From contig JBDTKG010000102.1 of NCBI GenBank assembly GCA_039935435.1, positions 1 to 26,966 of the forward strand: a stretch of 26,966 nucleotides of DNA, in the 5' to 3' direction. A program made the translations under genes and the position numbers. This DNA comes from Candidatus Saccharimonadales bacterium. GTDB taxonomy: Bacteria > Patescibacteriota > Saccharimonadia > Saccharimonadales > JAUPVS01. Below are positions 1 to 7,563 of this stretch, piece after piece. A model generated the notes under the pieces. It was given only the letters and a program-made list of their open reading frames with translations, searched no databases and was not told the DNA's origin. Every line of letters starts with the position of its first letter. Positions within the stretch are counted from its first letter, which is position 1.

Positions 1-6
1 GGCAAT

Positions 7-40
7 AAAAATAGCCCGACCTTGCGGTGGGGCTATTTTT
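7..40. terminator. Intrinsic terminator hairpin, probably bidirectional
   Basis: AAAAATAGCCC (7-17) pairs with GGGCTATTTTT (30-40), with an inner ACC/GGT stem. It lies just past the stop of the 62-253 gene. Confidence 0.8.
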
Positions 41-61
41 GCGGTTGAGGTAGCGAAAAGC

Positions 62-253
62 TTAGTAAGCTTTTTTGGCGCCACCTTTGACTGCTTTTTC
101 GGCGTTGTCCTTAGACATCATTGCGCAAACTGTGGTGCCGCATTTTGCGTGCTTGCCTTTGGCCATGAAGCCACCTTTGGCAGTTTGGTGAATCTCTGGA
201 GCTGTTAATTCAACGCCCTTTTCCTTACATTTAACGCAGTATCCTGTAACCAT
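62..253 (-). CDS. Small putative zinc-ribbon protein, DUF5679-like
   Basis: YCVKCK...AKGKHAKCGT pattern, Lys-rich. AGGAGG SD and an upstream TATAAT are present. Confidence 0.7.
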   Translation of the reverse strand: MVTGYCVKCKEKGVELTAPEIHQTAKGGFMAKGKHAKCGTTVCAMMSKDNAEKAVKGGAKKAY

Positions 254-362
254 GTCTATCTCCTCCTGAGGCGATTCTTATTTTATAACTTGTTTCATTA
301 TACCGCCTGTTGAGGATTTACCTAGTGCGAAGGCGAAAAAAAGGTGCCGGAAGAGGTGGAAT

Positions 363-1286
363 CTAGAGTTCTCTGACTGGTTCGATTGGCACTTTTGTAT
401 GTGTATGATGAATGATATTACGGAGGTCGGGTAATATGGCCGCGAATACGATGACCACAGCGCCAATGTACATGCTCAAAGTTATTTTCTGGTGGAATAT
501 GATTGCTCCAAATATGATGGCAAATATTACCTCGGCTAGGCCGACCAAACTGGCTATACTGGCATCGACATGCTTGTAGCCAGTAATCGCTAGCCAAAAA
601 GCGGCAGCATTAACAATCGAATAAATGACCAGCCAGAGCCAAGCATGGTTAAACTGGGGCATTACCTGCTTCTCACCCAATAAGAGAGATATTGGTAAGT
701 GAGTTATGGCCGTAAAAACCCATCCCCAAAAAACTAAAAGTGCTGGCGAGTATTTATGAGACACTTTTTTAGTTGAGGCTGTTTCGCCACCACTCGCCAC
801 GCCATTGAATGCAGCAAGCGCCAGGCCGATGGGGGCAAAGGCTAGTACGGCCGCACCGAAGACAATTGCTAACCCGACAAGAGCAAGAATCATCGCTGCT
901 ATTTTTACCCGCGTTATCTTTTCTCCTAGGTAAAATCGGCCTACTATGTAGGCAGTAATGATGAATACCGAATAAAAGATAAGCTGCACGCTGCCAATAG
1001 GAGCGTGGTTGAAGGCGTAGTAAAGTGGTACCTGCGTACAGATGCAAAAAGCGATGAACATACCAACTTGTGGCCAGTCTTTTTGTTCGATCCTTCTAAA
1101 ACTCTTTGATTTGATCATGAATGGCAACATGATTAACATAATAATTATTGAGCGAACCCACGCCTGATAAAATGGCTGAAAGCTCGGCCCCATAAGACGA
1201 GACCAAACACCGTAGGTGCCGAACAAAACTGCCGACAGCAGGATCAAACCGTAGCCAGATAGTGAGGATTTGCCGGAGTCTTTCAT
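363..1286 (-). CDS. DMT/EamA-family transporter
   Basis: 307 aa with about 10 hydrophobic segments in two EamA-like repeats (YLGEKIT / IFHQKIT). Confidence 0.85.
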   Translation of the reverse strand: MKDSGKSSLSGYGLILLSAVLFGTYGVWSRLMGPSFQPFYQAWVRSIIIMLIMLPFMIKSKSFRRIEQKDWPQVGMFIAFCICTQVPLYYAFNHAPIGSVQLIFYSVFIITAYIVGRFYLGEKITRVKIAAMILALVGLAIVFGAAVLAFAPIGLALAAFNGVASGGETASTKKVSHKYSPALLVFWGWVFTAITHLPISLLLGEKQVMPQFNHAWLWLVIYSIVNAAAFWLAITGYKHVDASIASLVGLAEVIFAIIFGAIIFHQKITLSMYIGAVVIVFAAILPDLRNIIHHTHTKVPIEPVREL

Positions 1287-1290
1287 ATTG

Positions 1291-2238
1291 CTAGTTTACC
1301 CGGTTTGGGAACTCGTTTTTGCTGGCGCTTACTATGTTCTCGACTAGCTTGACCACGCTGTTGTACATTGATTCGTAGGTGGCCCAGGCATAGGCGGGAG
1401 CGGCCCAGACATTGCCTTTGAATTTAGCGAACTCCTGGGGCTCGCCCTCAAAACCGTAGCCGTATATATCGCCATTGGCAACCATGTCGAGCAGTAGCTG
1501 GTGATTAAATATAGCGTGAACGATGTCTACAACTATGGCTCCTTTTTTAATTGTACGAAGCATGTCGTCGCTCACAAGCGAGACCGTTTCGTCGTTCTTG
1601 GCGGTAGCCGGCAAGATAACGTCGGCTGTAGCTAGTACTTCTTCCAGAGTCATTTTTTGGTATGCGTCGTTCGTTGAGGAGCGTGACCAATAGACAACAT
1701 TCATGCCAAGCCCAGCACATCGCTCGGCTATAGCGGAGCCAATGTTGCCTAGTCCGATAATCCCTGCTGTTTTTCCTTTGAGCTGTACGCCTCGATACTT
1801 CATAAAATCTTTGTCGAAGTCTAGCGGGAAGCCGTCCTTGATTAGCTTTGGTGTTTGTCGGGCTAAGTTGAACATCATGGTGATGGCCCATTCGGCAACC
1901 GCCTGGGTATTGAAGGCTTTAATATTACAAATTGGTATGCCAAGCTTGTTTGCTGCCTCGGGTTCGACCCATTCAAAGCCGGTCGATTCTGCAAAAATGC
2001 CCTTTAAGTGGGGGATATCCTGGTAATCTTGGCTTTTTAGGTTCCAGCCGACATAATCGGGGTTTAGGCAGAGAAGGCGATCTTCGTCGCCCTCAAATAA
2101 GGTCTTACAGTCGCTAAGTGGCGCGACCTTCTTTGTGACTATCGGTTCTATGCCATTTGTTTTGAGTTTTACGAGCAGATCGTCTGTTATCAGTTCGTCC
2201 CAAAGTGGGTCAAAAATAAATGCTTTCATATGTACCAT
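1291..2238 (-). CDS. D-isomer-specific 2-hydroxyacid dehydrogenase-fold protein with non-canonical active site; start may be ATG 2229
   Basis: Rossmann motif GIIGLGNIG, AVAEWA and GAIVVD segments. The usual NxxRG Arg and TPH His are absent. Confidence 0.8.
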   Translation of the reverse strand: MVHMKAFIFDPLWDELITDDLLVKLKTNGIEPIVTKKVAPLSDCKTLFEGDEDRLLCLNPDYVGWNLKSQDYQDIPHLKGIFAESTGFEWVEPEAANKLGIPICNIKAFNTQAVAEWAITMMFNLARQTPKLIKDGFPLDFDKDFMKYRGVQLKGKTAGIIGLGNIGSAIAERCAGLGMNVVYWSRSSTNDAYQKMTLEEVLATADVILPATAKNDETVSLVSDDMLRTIKKGAIVVDIVHAIFNHQLLLDMVANGDIYGYGFEGEPQEFAKFKGNVWAAPAYAWATYESMYNSVVKLVENIVSASKNEFPNRVN

Positions 2239-2452
2239 ATTGTAACAGATAGTCAGGGCTTCGTTTTGCGTGGAGAGAATGTAGTCTTCGGCGGTGTTTA
2301 ACGGGTCATTATTCTTGTTGCAGCAGTATTGCTGAAGTTAAAACAGTGTTTTAGAATGGATTAAGAAAAATGCTGTTGGTGCATACACTAAGAAACTGAT
2401 GAATTTGGGTTTGTTTCGGAATAATTAGTGAATACAGACTATACTGTTCTCT

Positions 2453-2941
2453 ATGACAACTGAGCAGTTAGAGACAAGTCTCAACAGGGTCCACGAGTGG
2501 ATTCGTGCGGCCGACCAAAAAGCAAGTATTTTTCTTGCGCTTGTTCTGGGTGGTTTAGCGCTCGGCGGTAATGAGTTTCTTGGCTATTTATCCACTATAT
2601 TTAATGATAAGCCAGTTTGGCTAGCTACTGTTTTAATGTTGAGCACCGTGATTTTGGTATGGTCTATCACGGAAGCACTGTTTATCATTAAACCCTCAGT
2701 TGCAAATAACGCCAAGTCATTCACATACTTCGGGCATATATCGCAGATATCTTTGAGTGAGTACCGAACAATAGTTACTGAGGTGAGCAACATAAAGTAC
2801 AAGGATGAGCTCATAGAACAAATTCACACATCTTCAAAAATTGCTCGTAAGAAACATGAACAATTGGCAGAAGCCGTGAAACTATTTTGCTTATATGTTC
2901 TAGTTATGGCAGCGATAATCGGACTATCTTATGTCACTTAA
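2453..2941 (+). CDS. pycTM: Pycsar transmembrane effector (PycTM / DUF5706-like)
   Basis: WIRAADQKAS, SFTYFGHI and QIHTSSKIARKK motifs with 2+1 TM segments. Overlaps the cyclase gene by 11 nt. Confidence 0.8.
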   Translation: MTTEQLETSLNRVHEWIRAADQKASIFLALVLGGLALGGNEFLGYLSTIFNDKPVWLATVLMLSTVILVWSITEALFIIKPSVANNAKSFTYFGHISQISLSEYRTIVTEVSNIKYKDELIEQIHTSSKIARKKHEQLAEAVKLFCLYVLVMAAIIGLSYVT

Positions 2942-3650
2942 AGATGACATTTCCAGTGGAGTCGATAGCTATTACGGAGACACTTACAAAGTCGTTAACG
3001 GCAGATCTGTTCCTTCCGCAGGTAACGTCGGCCTAGGTAAAGTTGGAGTCAGTATCGAGCTAGCAATGATGTTTGTTGATATCAGAGAATCGACTAAAAT
3101 CGTTGACGGTCTGAGACGAATCAGTGCAGCGCGAATGTATAAGGCATTTTTATGGTCGGTGACCAAAATCGTTAAGTACTACGACGGTGAAGTGAAAAGT
3201 TTTAATGGAGATGGTGTGTTAGTGGTGTTTGAAGGCTCTGCCAAGTGTAATCAAGCTGTCAAGGCGGCCTATATGATCAACTGGATGGTTATTAACAGTT
3301 TAAGGCCGCAGATGAACGCCTATTTTAAGAGAAATAATAGTCATGAGGATGTTCACTTCGGTTTCGGGATTGGCATAGACGTTGGCGATATTCTTATTGT
3401 GAGAGCCGGCTTAAAAGGTGCAACGAACAGTGATTTAGTTTGGGCTGGAAATGCAACCAACATCGCCGTCAAACTCAGCGATTTAGGAGATAAAGATAAC
3501 CCAATATACATATCGAATCGTGTGTTTAATCTCCTTAATGATGAACAGAAGCAGTATCTGAATAGAATTAAGGCTATATGGGAGAAGCGTTATTGGACCG
3601 CGAAGGACAACGCTATTATTTACAGAACCAGTTACTGGCGACACCCTTAG
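2931..3650 (+). CDS. pycC: Class III nucleotide cyclase, Pycsar PycC-like
   Basis: MFVDIRESTK, FNGDGVL, GIGIDVG and GNATNIAVKL class III cyclase motifs. Coupled to a PycTM-like gene. Confidence 0.8.
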   Translation: MSLKDDISSGVDSYYGDTYKVVNGRSVPSAGNVGLGKVGVSIELAMMFVDIRESTKIVDGLRRISAARMYKAFLWSVTKIVKYYDGEVKSFNGDGVLVVFEGSAKCNQAVKAAYMINWMVINSLRPQMNAYFKRNNSHEDVHFGFGIGIDVGDILIVRAGLKGATNSDLVWAGNATNIAVKLSDLGDKDNPIYISNRVFNLLNDEQKQYLNRIKAIWEKRYWTAKDNAIIYRTSYWRHP

Positions 3651-3674
3651 TTTGTCACCGGTACCCTATTCAAT

Positions 3675-3703
3675 ATAAAGAAGTCGAATAACTACTTCTT
3701 TAT
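3675..3703. terminator. Hairpin downstream of the Pycsar-like operon
   Basis: ATAAAGAAGT (3675-3684) / ACTTCTTTAT (3694-3703), 10-bp stem with a 9-nt loop. Confidence 0.6.
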
Positions 3704-3769
3704 CTATACAAAGGTTGTAATCGTCAACCCGATCAAGAGAGCTCTTCAAGGTATGGGTTCGGGGACAGG

Positions 3770-3943
3770 CAATCGCTGCGTTCATCGGCAGGCCTAGGGC
3801 TCGAAGCCAGCTTCTGCGCCTAGGCCTTGGCCGTAACCTCCTGGCCGACGCATCTTTGCCGGTGGCAAATCTGCTGGCCAGCGTTTAAAATCACGCTCCC
3901 GAAGGCCAAGAAAAAAGACCCACCTTTGGTGAGTCGTTTTCCT
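3770..3943. repeat. Structured element downstream of tRNA-Gly (nested hairpins)
   Basis: AGGCCTAGG/CCTAGGCCT stem; CTGGCC/GGCCAG enclosing TTTGCC/GGCAAA; terminator-like hairpin abutting the tRNA CCA end. Confidence 0.5.
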
Positions 3944-4020
3944 TGGTGCGGGTGAGGGGACTCTAACCCCTGGCCTCGTCCTTGGCAAGGACGCGCTCTA
4001 AACAACTGAGCTACACCCGC
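3944..4020 (-). tRNA. tRNA-Gly(GCC)
   Basis: 77-nt cloverleaf: acceptor GCGGGTG/CACCCGC, anticodon arm CGTCC-TTGCCAA-GGACG, encoded CCA. T-loop is TTAGAGT. Confidence 0.95.
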
Positions 4021-4063
4021 GTGGTGTTTTGGGCTACTTGTAAACCGTTTGTAGCACTGGGCA

Positions 4064-4092
4064 ATTATAGCTTACCACCCCTAGTGTTGCAA
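4064..4092 (-). promoter_or_regulatory. Sigma70-type promoter of tRNA-Gly
   Basis: TTGCAA-17 nt-TATAAT on the minus strand. Confidence 0.7.
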
Positions 4093-4124
4093 GCTACGGC
4101 TGGCACTTGGCATGCTGCTAGGCT

Positions 4125-4952
4125 TTAGTGCAGCAGCAGTTTGCTGGCTTCTATTAAGCCCCAGCCAGCTAAGATTACAAAGGCTAGGCTGCCGGCTAGC
4201 GAGATCAGGGGGTTTTTGACGGCGGCGATGGTCCGCTTGGGCGATAGATATAAGAAGATGTTAAGAATCATGTGCCCAATAAAGACGCCGCTGGCAAAGC
4301 CGACTACATTAACGACGTTAAACAGCGGCACGTAACCGGCAAAGTCATCCAATCCTAGAATGAAGGGGACGGTAAAAGCCATGGCCAGCAGGGCCCAAAA
4401 AGTAGCCCTATGGCCACTGCTCAGCGATGTCGAGGGCAGTAGTTTGCCTAAAAGCGGCTTAAAGGGGCGGTTGATGGTTACTAGGCTGCGCTCAAAACCG
4501 CTGACAAATTTGCCCAGCCAGCTGGGGTAGTGGTGTTTTACTTCCAAAATGTGCTCTAGGCCGTCCTCGGCCAGGCGTAGCAGCACCAGAGCGGCGACGA
4601 CAATCATGATGGCCAGCAGCCAGTGGACCTCTTTAAAACCGGCCCACAGCAGCAGCACGGCCATGGTACCCACGGCGTTGCCCAGAGCCGTACCAACCTC
4701 GATGGCGATGCGACCTTTGAGGCCTTGGTTGTGGCTCATCAGGCGACCAATGAACATGGCAAAGTCAATCGATGTTTTAAGATAAACGGTCAGACCAATC
4801 AAGATGTCGGCAATTTGCCAGCGAATAGCGATCTTCTGGCTCGAAAAGTGGTTAATAATGACAACTTCGCCCACTACCAAGCCAATCATTGCGGCGCAAG
4901 TTATGGCCGTTAAAGGCAGGGCAATAAGTTGGTTACGAACAGCCTTTTTCAT
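4125..4952 (-). CDS. Polytopic membrane protein, CadD/LysE-superfamily-like; start reassigned to ATG 4952
   Basis: Multiple TM segments. KTSIDF and GLDDFAGYVPLF resemble the duplicated CadD-type motifs. TGtTATTAT sits 6 nt before ATG 4952. Confidence 0.55.
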   Translation of the reverse strand: MKKAVRNQLIALPLTAITCAAMIGLVVGEVVIINHFSSQKIAIRWQIADILIGLTVYLKTSIDFAMFIGRLMSHNQGLKGRIAIEVGTALGNAVGTMAVLLLWAGFKEVHWLLAIMIVVAALVLLRLAEDGLEHILEVKHHYPSWLGKFVSGFERSLVTINRPFKPLLGKLLPSTSLSSGHRATFWALLAMAFTVPFILGLDDFAGYVPLFNVVNVVGFASGVFIGHMILNIFLYLSPKRTIAAVKNPLISLAGSLAFVILAGWGLIEASKLLLH

Positions 4953-4960
4953 CGCCTTAT

Positions 4961-5013
4961 AATAACAGACAGCCAGTGACATTAGAGTGTGCCACACTGA
5001 CTATGGCAATAAA
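4961..5013 (+). repeat. Left copy of a degenerate direct repeat bracketing the DGR module
   Basis: 4961-4999 matches 7849-7887 at 30/39 nt ungapped, including the palindrome AGTGTG-C-CACACT, followed by a shared GGCAATAAA. Confidence 0.65.
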
Positions 5014-5034
5014 CTAGGCCACAGAGTACAAACC

Positions 5035-5994
5035 ATGAGCGATTCGTTAACAACTGACTATATATCTGTGTACCGGGCATGGAAAAACTTCAGAAAATCT
5101 AAGCGAGCCGGCCCCGCCATCGATGAATTTGCATATGATCTGGAAGCAAATCTGGCCCAGCTATCCGCAGAACTGAGCGATGGATCATATCAACATGGTG
5201 GATACCAGGCGGTAGTGTTGCACGAGAAGAAACGACGTGATTTAGCAGTAGCCACAGTCCGCGACCGTGTTGTCCACCGACTGCTCTACGACTACCTAGT
5301 AGCGATTTACGACAAAAAATTTGACCCAGATGTTTGGTCATGCCGCAAGGGCAAGGGATTACATGCTTGCCTAGCAAGAACCCGGAAATTGCTCCAAATG
5401 CACTCTAAGGGGTACGTCTGGCGAGCCGATATCACTAAATTTTATGACAACGTTGGCCACGCTACATTGCGGGGCTGCTTGCAACGGAAGCTAGGCGACG
5501 ATGACAAGGCCATGGCTCTAATGGACGAGATCATAAGCAGCTTCTCGAAGCTAGAAAGAAGCCATAGGGGCATACCTATCGGCAACTTAACTAGCCAAAC
5601 ATTTTCAAATATCTACCTTAACGAGCTTGATCGGTTTATCCGACACCAGATCAAGCCGCTGGCATACGTCAGATACGGTGATGATTTTTGCATATTTTGG
5701 CCAACGCGGCGCGGTGCCCGCATTGTCAGGCAACAGGCCGCTGACTTTCTAGCAAATAATCTAGGGCTCTCACTTAACCCCAAAAACGATGTAGTTGTAG
5801 CGGCCAAGCGGGGTCTAAAGTTTTTGGGTCACAACATCAACAGAGGGCACATAGCTGTAGATACGCACACCACCAAGAGCGTCATTGGTAAGCTCAACCG
5901 GCGCAACGCAGCTAGCTACAGGACGTTGCTGCTAACTCAAGTCCAAAAGGAGAGAATGGACTGGATTTTATTAGAAAAAGATGTTGACGTATAG
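5035..5994 (+). CDS. DGR reverse transcriptase; start ATG 5035 preferred over GTG 4987
   Basis: VRDRVVH, ADITKFYDNV, GIPIGNLTSQ, YVRYGDDF and FLGH motifs. TR/VR pair and avd are adjacent. Confidence 0.95.
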   Translation: MSDSLTTDYISVYRAWKNFRKSKRAGPAIDEFAYDLEANLAQLSAELSDGSYQHGGYQAVVLHEKKRRDLAVATVRDRVVHRLLYDYLVAIYDKKFDPDVWSCRKGKGLHACLARTRKLLQMHSKGYVWRADITKFYDNVGHATLRGCLQRKLGDDDKAMALMDEIISSFSKLERSHRGIPIGNLTSQTFSNIYLNELDRFIRHQIKPLAYVRYGDDFCIFWPTRRGARIVRQQAADFLANNLGLSLNPKNDVVVAAKRGLKFLGHNINRGHIAVDTHTTKSVIGKLNRRNAASYRTLLLTQVQKERMDWILLEKDVDV

Positions 5995-6011
5995 CAAAAA
6001 TACTGTATAAT
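5984..6011 (+). promoter_or_regulatory. Promoter of the DGR target gene, overlapping the RT 3' end
   Basis: TTGACG (5984-5989)-16 nt-TATAAT (6006-6011). SD AGGAG at 6037-6041. Confidence 0.7.
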
Positions 6012-6051
6012 AGGCTTTGAATTTATAGGCAAGTAGAGGAGTGTTAACGAT

Positions 6052-6846
6052 ATGACAATTGAAGGTTTAAGAACGGCTCCGCAACCCAGCGAAGTTGATA
6101 TGAGCGACCTAATTGGCGCTTCTGTAGAAGCCCTGAATGTCCTTGGTTTAGTTGAGGATCGCGATATGGTGACCGAGTCGGTCGCCGCCGAGTTTAAGGC
6201 TCTGGGTCAAGCCGGTCGTACAGGTGAGCCTTACATCCAACTTCCTCGCGGTGTTATTACCTTAGATGACCTTGTACAAGCTTCCGATAATGTTAGCTAC
6301 GCTAACGACAGAAAATATCCCGAATCTTATGTATATCGTGAACTATGGACACCTGGCGTTGGAACCGAAGGCTACAAAGCCGAAGACCTAGACAACCTTA
6401 CGCTCGGCGGCGACGGCAACTTTGTCCCTCACGCTAGGTTGGCCGTTCATGGTCCGGCTAGCGACCAAGAGCCTCTGCTTCATTTTTTGGGCATGCCTTT
6501 TGACGCAAAATCCGTAAAACGGAAGGAGCCAACACAGCTACAGGCCGTTGAAGAGGCAGTGGCTACTTACAGAGCCGAAGGACACAAAGACTTTGCTATG
6601 ACTGCTTTAAACTCTAAAGCCGTGGGCTTTATTGCCCTGACCAGGCGCTTTAAAGGCGAAGCTATGCCAATGACCTGGGGTTTTATGCGCGATGCAACGT
6701 TGCCTCGTACTACTGTGGGCGGCGACTCGGTTGTCGGGTACGTCTGTTCCGTTGGTGACAGGTTCAACCTGTACAGGTCTCGCGGTTACGCGCGCTCGGA
6801 CGATGGCGTTGGTCTCTCGGTGGGGCCAAAAGATCTTAAATCTTAA
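6052..6846 (+). CDS. DGR target (variable) protein, 264 aa, unknown function
   Basis: C-terminal codons 221-257 are the VR. No signal peptide or TM segment is evident. Confidence 0.9.
   Translation: MTIEGLRTAPQPSEVDMSDLIGASVEALNVLGLVEDRDMVTESVAAEFKALGQAGRTGEPYIQLPRGVITLDDLVQASDNVSYANDRKYPESYVYRELWTPGVGTEGYKAEDLDNLTLGGDGNFVPHARLAVHGPASDQEPLLHFLGMPFDAKSVKRKEPTQLQAVEEAVATYRAEGHKDFAMTALNSKAVGFIALTRRFKGEAMPMTWGFMRDATLPRTTVGGDSVVGYVCSVGDRFNLYRSRGYARSDDGVGLSVGPKDLKS
6712..6822 (+). repeat. DGR variable repeat (VR)
   Basis: 111 nt aligned to TR without gaps. 15 mismatches, all at TR adenines (8 A>G, 5 A>T, 2 A>C). Confidence 0.97.
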
Positions 6847-6877
6847 GCTTCCTAATTTCTTCTCTTCTTTTTCTTTC

Positions 6878-6886
6878 TGCTAAAAT
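6878..6886 (+). promoter_or_regulatory. Putative extended -10 promoter for the TR RNA
   Basis: TGcTAAAAT about 170 nt upstream of TR on the strand TR must be transcribed from. Confidence 0.45.
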
Positions 6887-7058
6887 ACAACTTGTCCATT
6901 TTGTATCGTTTTAGATAGGCAAAGTCTGGCGCAATTGCATTGCAGGTTTTAGCTAGCGATCAAAAGCGAACACAATTTGCCCCACGTGCGTCTCGCGCAA
7001 ACTAACTGACGTTTCGGCTATTTGCGAGTAGTCTGAATCCTGGAGTGCTAGAGAACAA

Positions 7059-7169
7059 ACTGTGGACGGCGACTCGGTTGTCGGGAACGTCAATTCCAAT
7101 GGTGACAAGTTCAACCTGAACAGGTCTAACGGTAACGCGAACTCGAACAATGGCGTTGGTCTCTCGGTG
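7059..7169 (+). ncRNA. DGR template repeat (TR)
   Basis: Non-coding copy of VR with 27 adenines and 10 AAY codons in the target frame. It ends in an adenine-free stretch shared with VR, then diverges (CGGCAA vs GGGCCA, IMH*/IMH-like). Confidence 0.95.
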
Positions 7170-7194
7170 CGGCAATAATGTTTAATCGGACAAT

Positions 7195-7536
7195 TTACTG
7201 CTGTGTGCTTTTACGCCAACCGCCAAGCATACGACCAATTTCTACGACTTTGGCTTGTAGTTGGTGCAGCGTTGTTTCGTTGGCTAGCTTACCGTTTAGC
7301 AGTATGCGCAGTTGAAACTGCACAATTTCGGCTTGCGCTGATGCTTTAATTAGGTACGGGCCTTTGTGGGCCGTGGGTGCATATTTGGCCATGATTAGCA
7401 GCTCCAACAGCTGTAGGACGCTGTTTTCTAGCCGCCTACCAATCGTTTGGCGTTGCAGCGCCGGTAGCTTATTGGTTATTTTGGAGACATTTTCGTATAA
7501 CTCCTGAGTTCTGTTGATAACTGGCAGTTCCTGCAT
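7195..7536 (-). CDS. avd: DGR accessory variability determinant (Avd-like four-helix bundle)
   Basis: About 113 aa, helical, ends EIGRMLGGW. Next to TR. ATG 7536 is 6 nt after TATACT. Confidence 0.9.
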   Translation of the reverse strand: MQELPVINRTQELYENVSKITNKLPALQRQTIGRRLENSVLQLLELLIMAKYAPTAHKGPYLIKASAQAEIVQFQLRILLNGKLANETTLHQLQAKVVEIGRMLGGWRKSTQQ

Positions 7537-7563
7537 CACCGCAGTATAGCTTAAAATGAACGT
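7537..7563. promoter_or_regulatory. 27-bp bidirectional leaderless promoter for avd and the DUF2188-like gene
   Basis: TATACT (minus, 7543-7548) and TAAAAT (plus, 7552-7557) each lie 6 nt from an ATG. Confidence 0.65.

Noticed and set aside
3794-4005. ORFs 3794-3988 and 3820-4005
   Set aside because: They run through tRNA-Gly and its downstream hairpins.
4987-5034. ORF-track N-terminal extensions of the RT (GTG 4987) and the CadD-like gene (4997)
   Set aside because: They overlap each other across the palindromic repeat. ATG 5035 and ATG 4952 fit protein motifs and promoter spacing better.
5035-5994. RT as a group II intron, retron or CRISPR-associated RT
   Set aside because: An adenine-specific TR/VR pair and avd are adjacent, the motifs are DGR-type, and there is no maturase/endonuclease extension or cas gene.
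6823-6850. Canonical GC-rich hairpin downstream of VR/IMH
   Set aside because: Only a weak AT-rich stem (CTTAA-ATC-TTAAG, 6835-6847) is visible, so it was not called as a feature.
6953-7150. 65-aa minus-strand ORF over TR
   Set aside because: Antisense shadow of TR with no start signals or protein motif.
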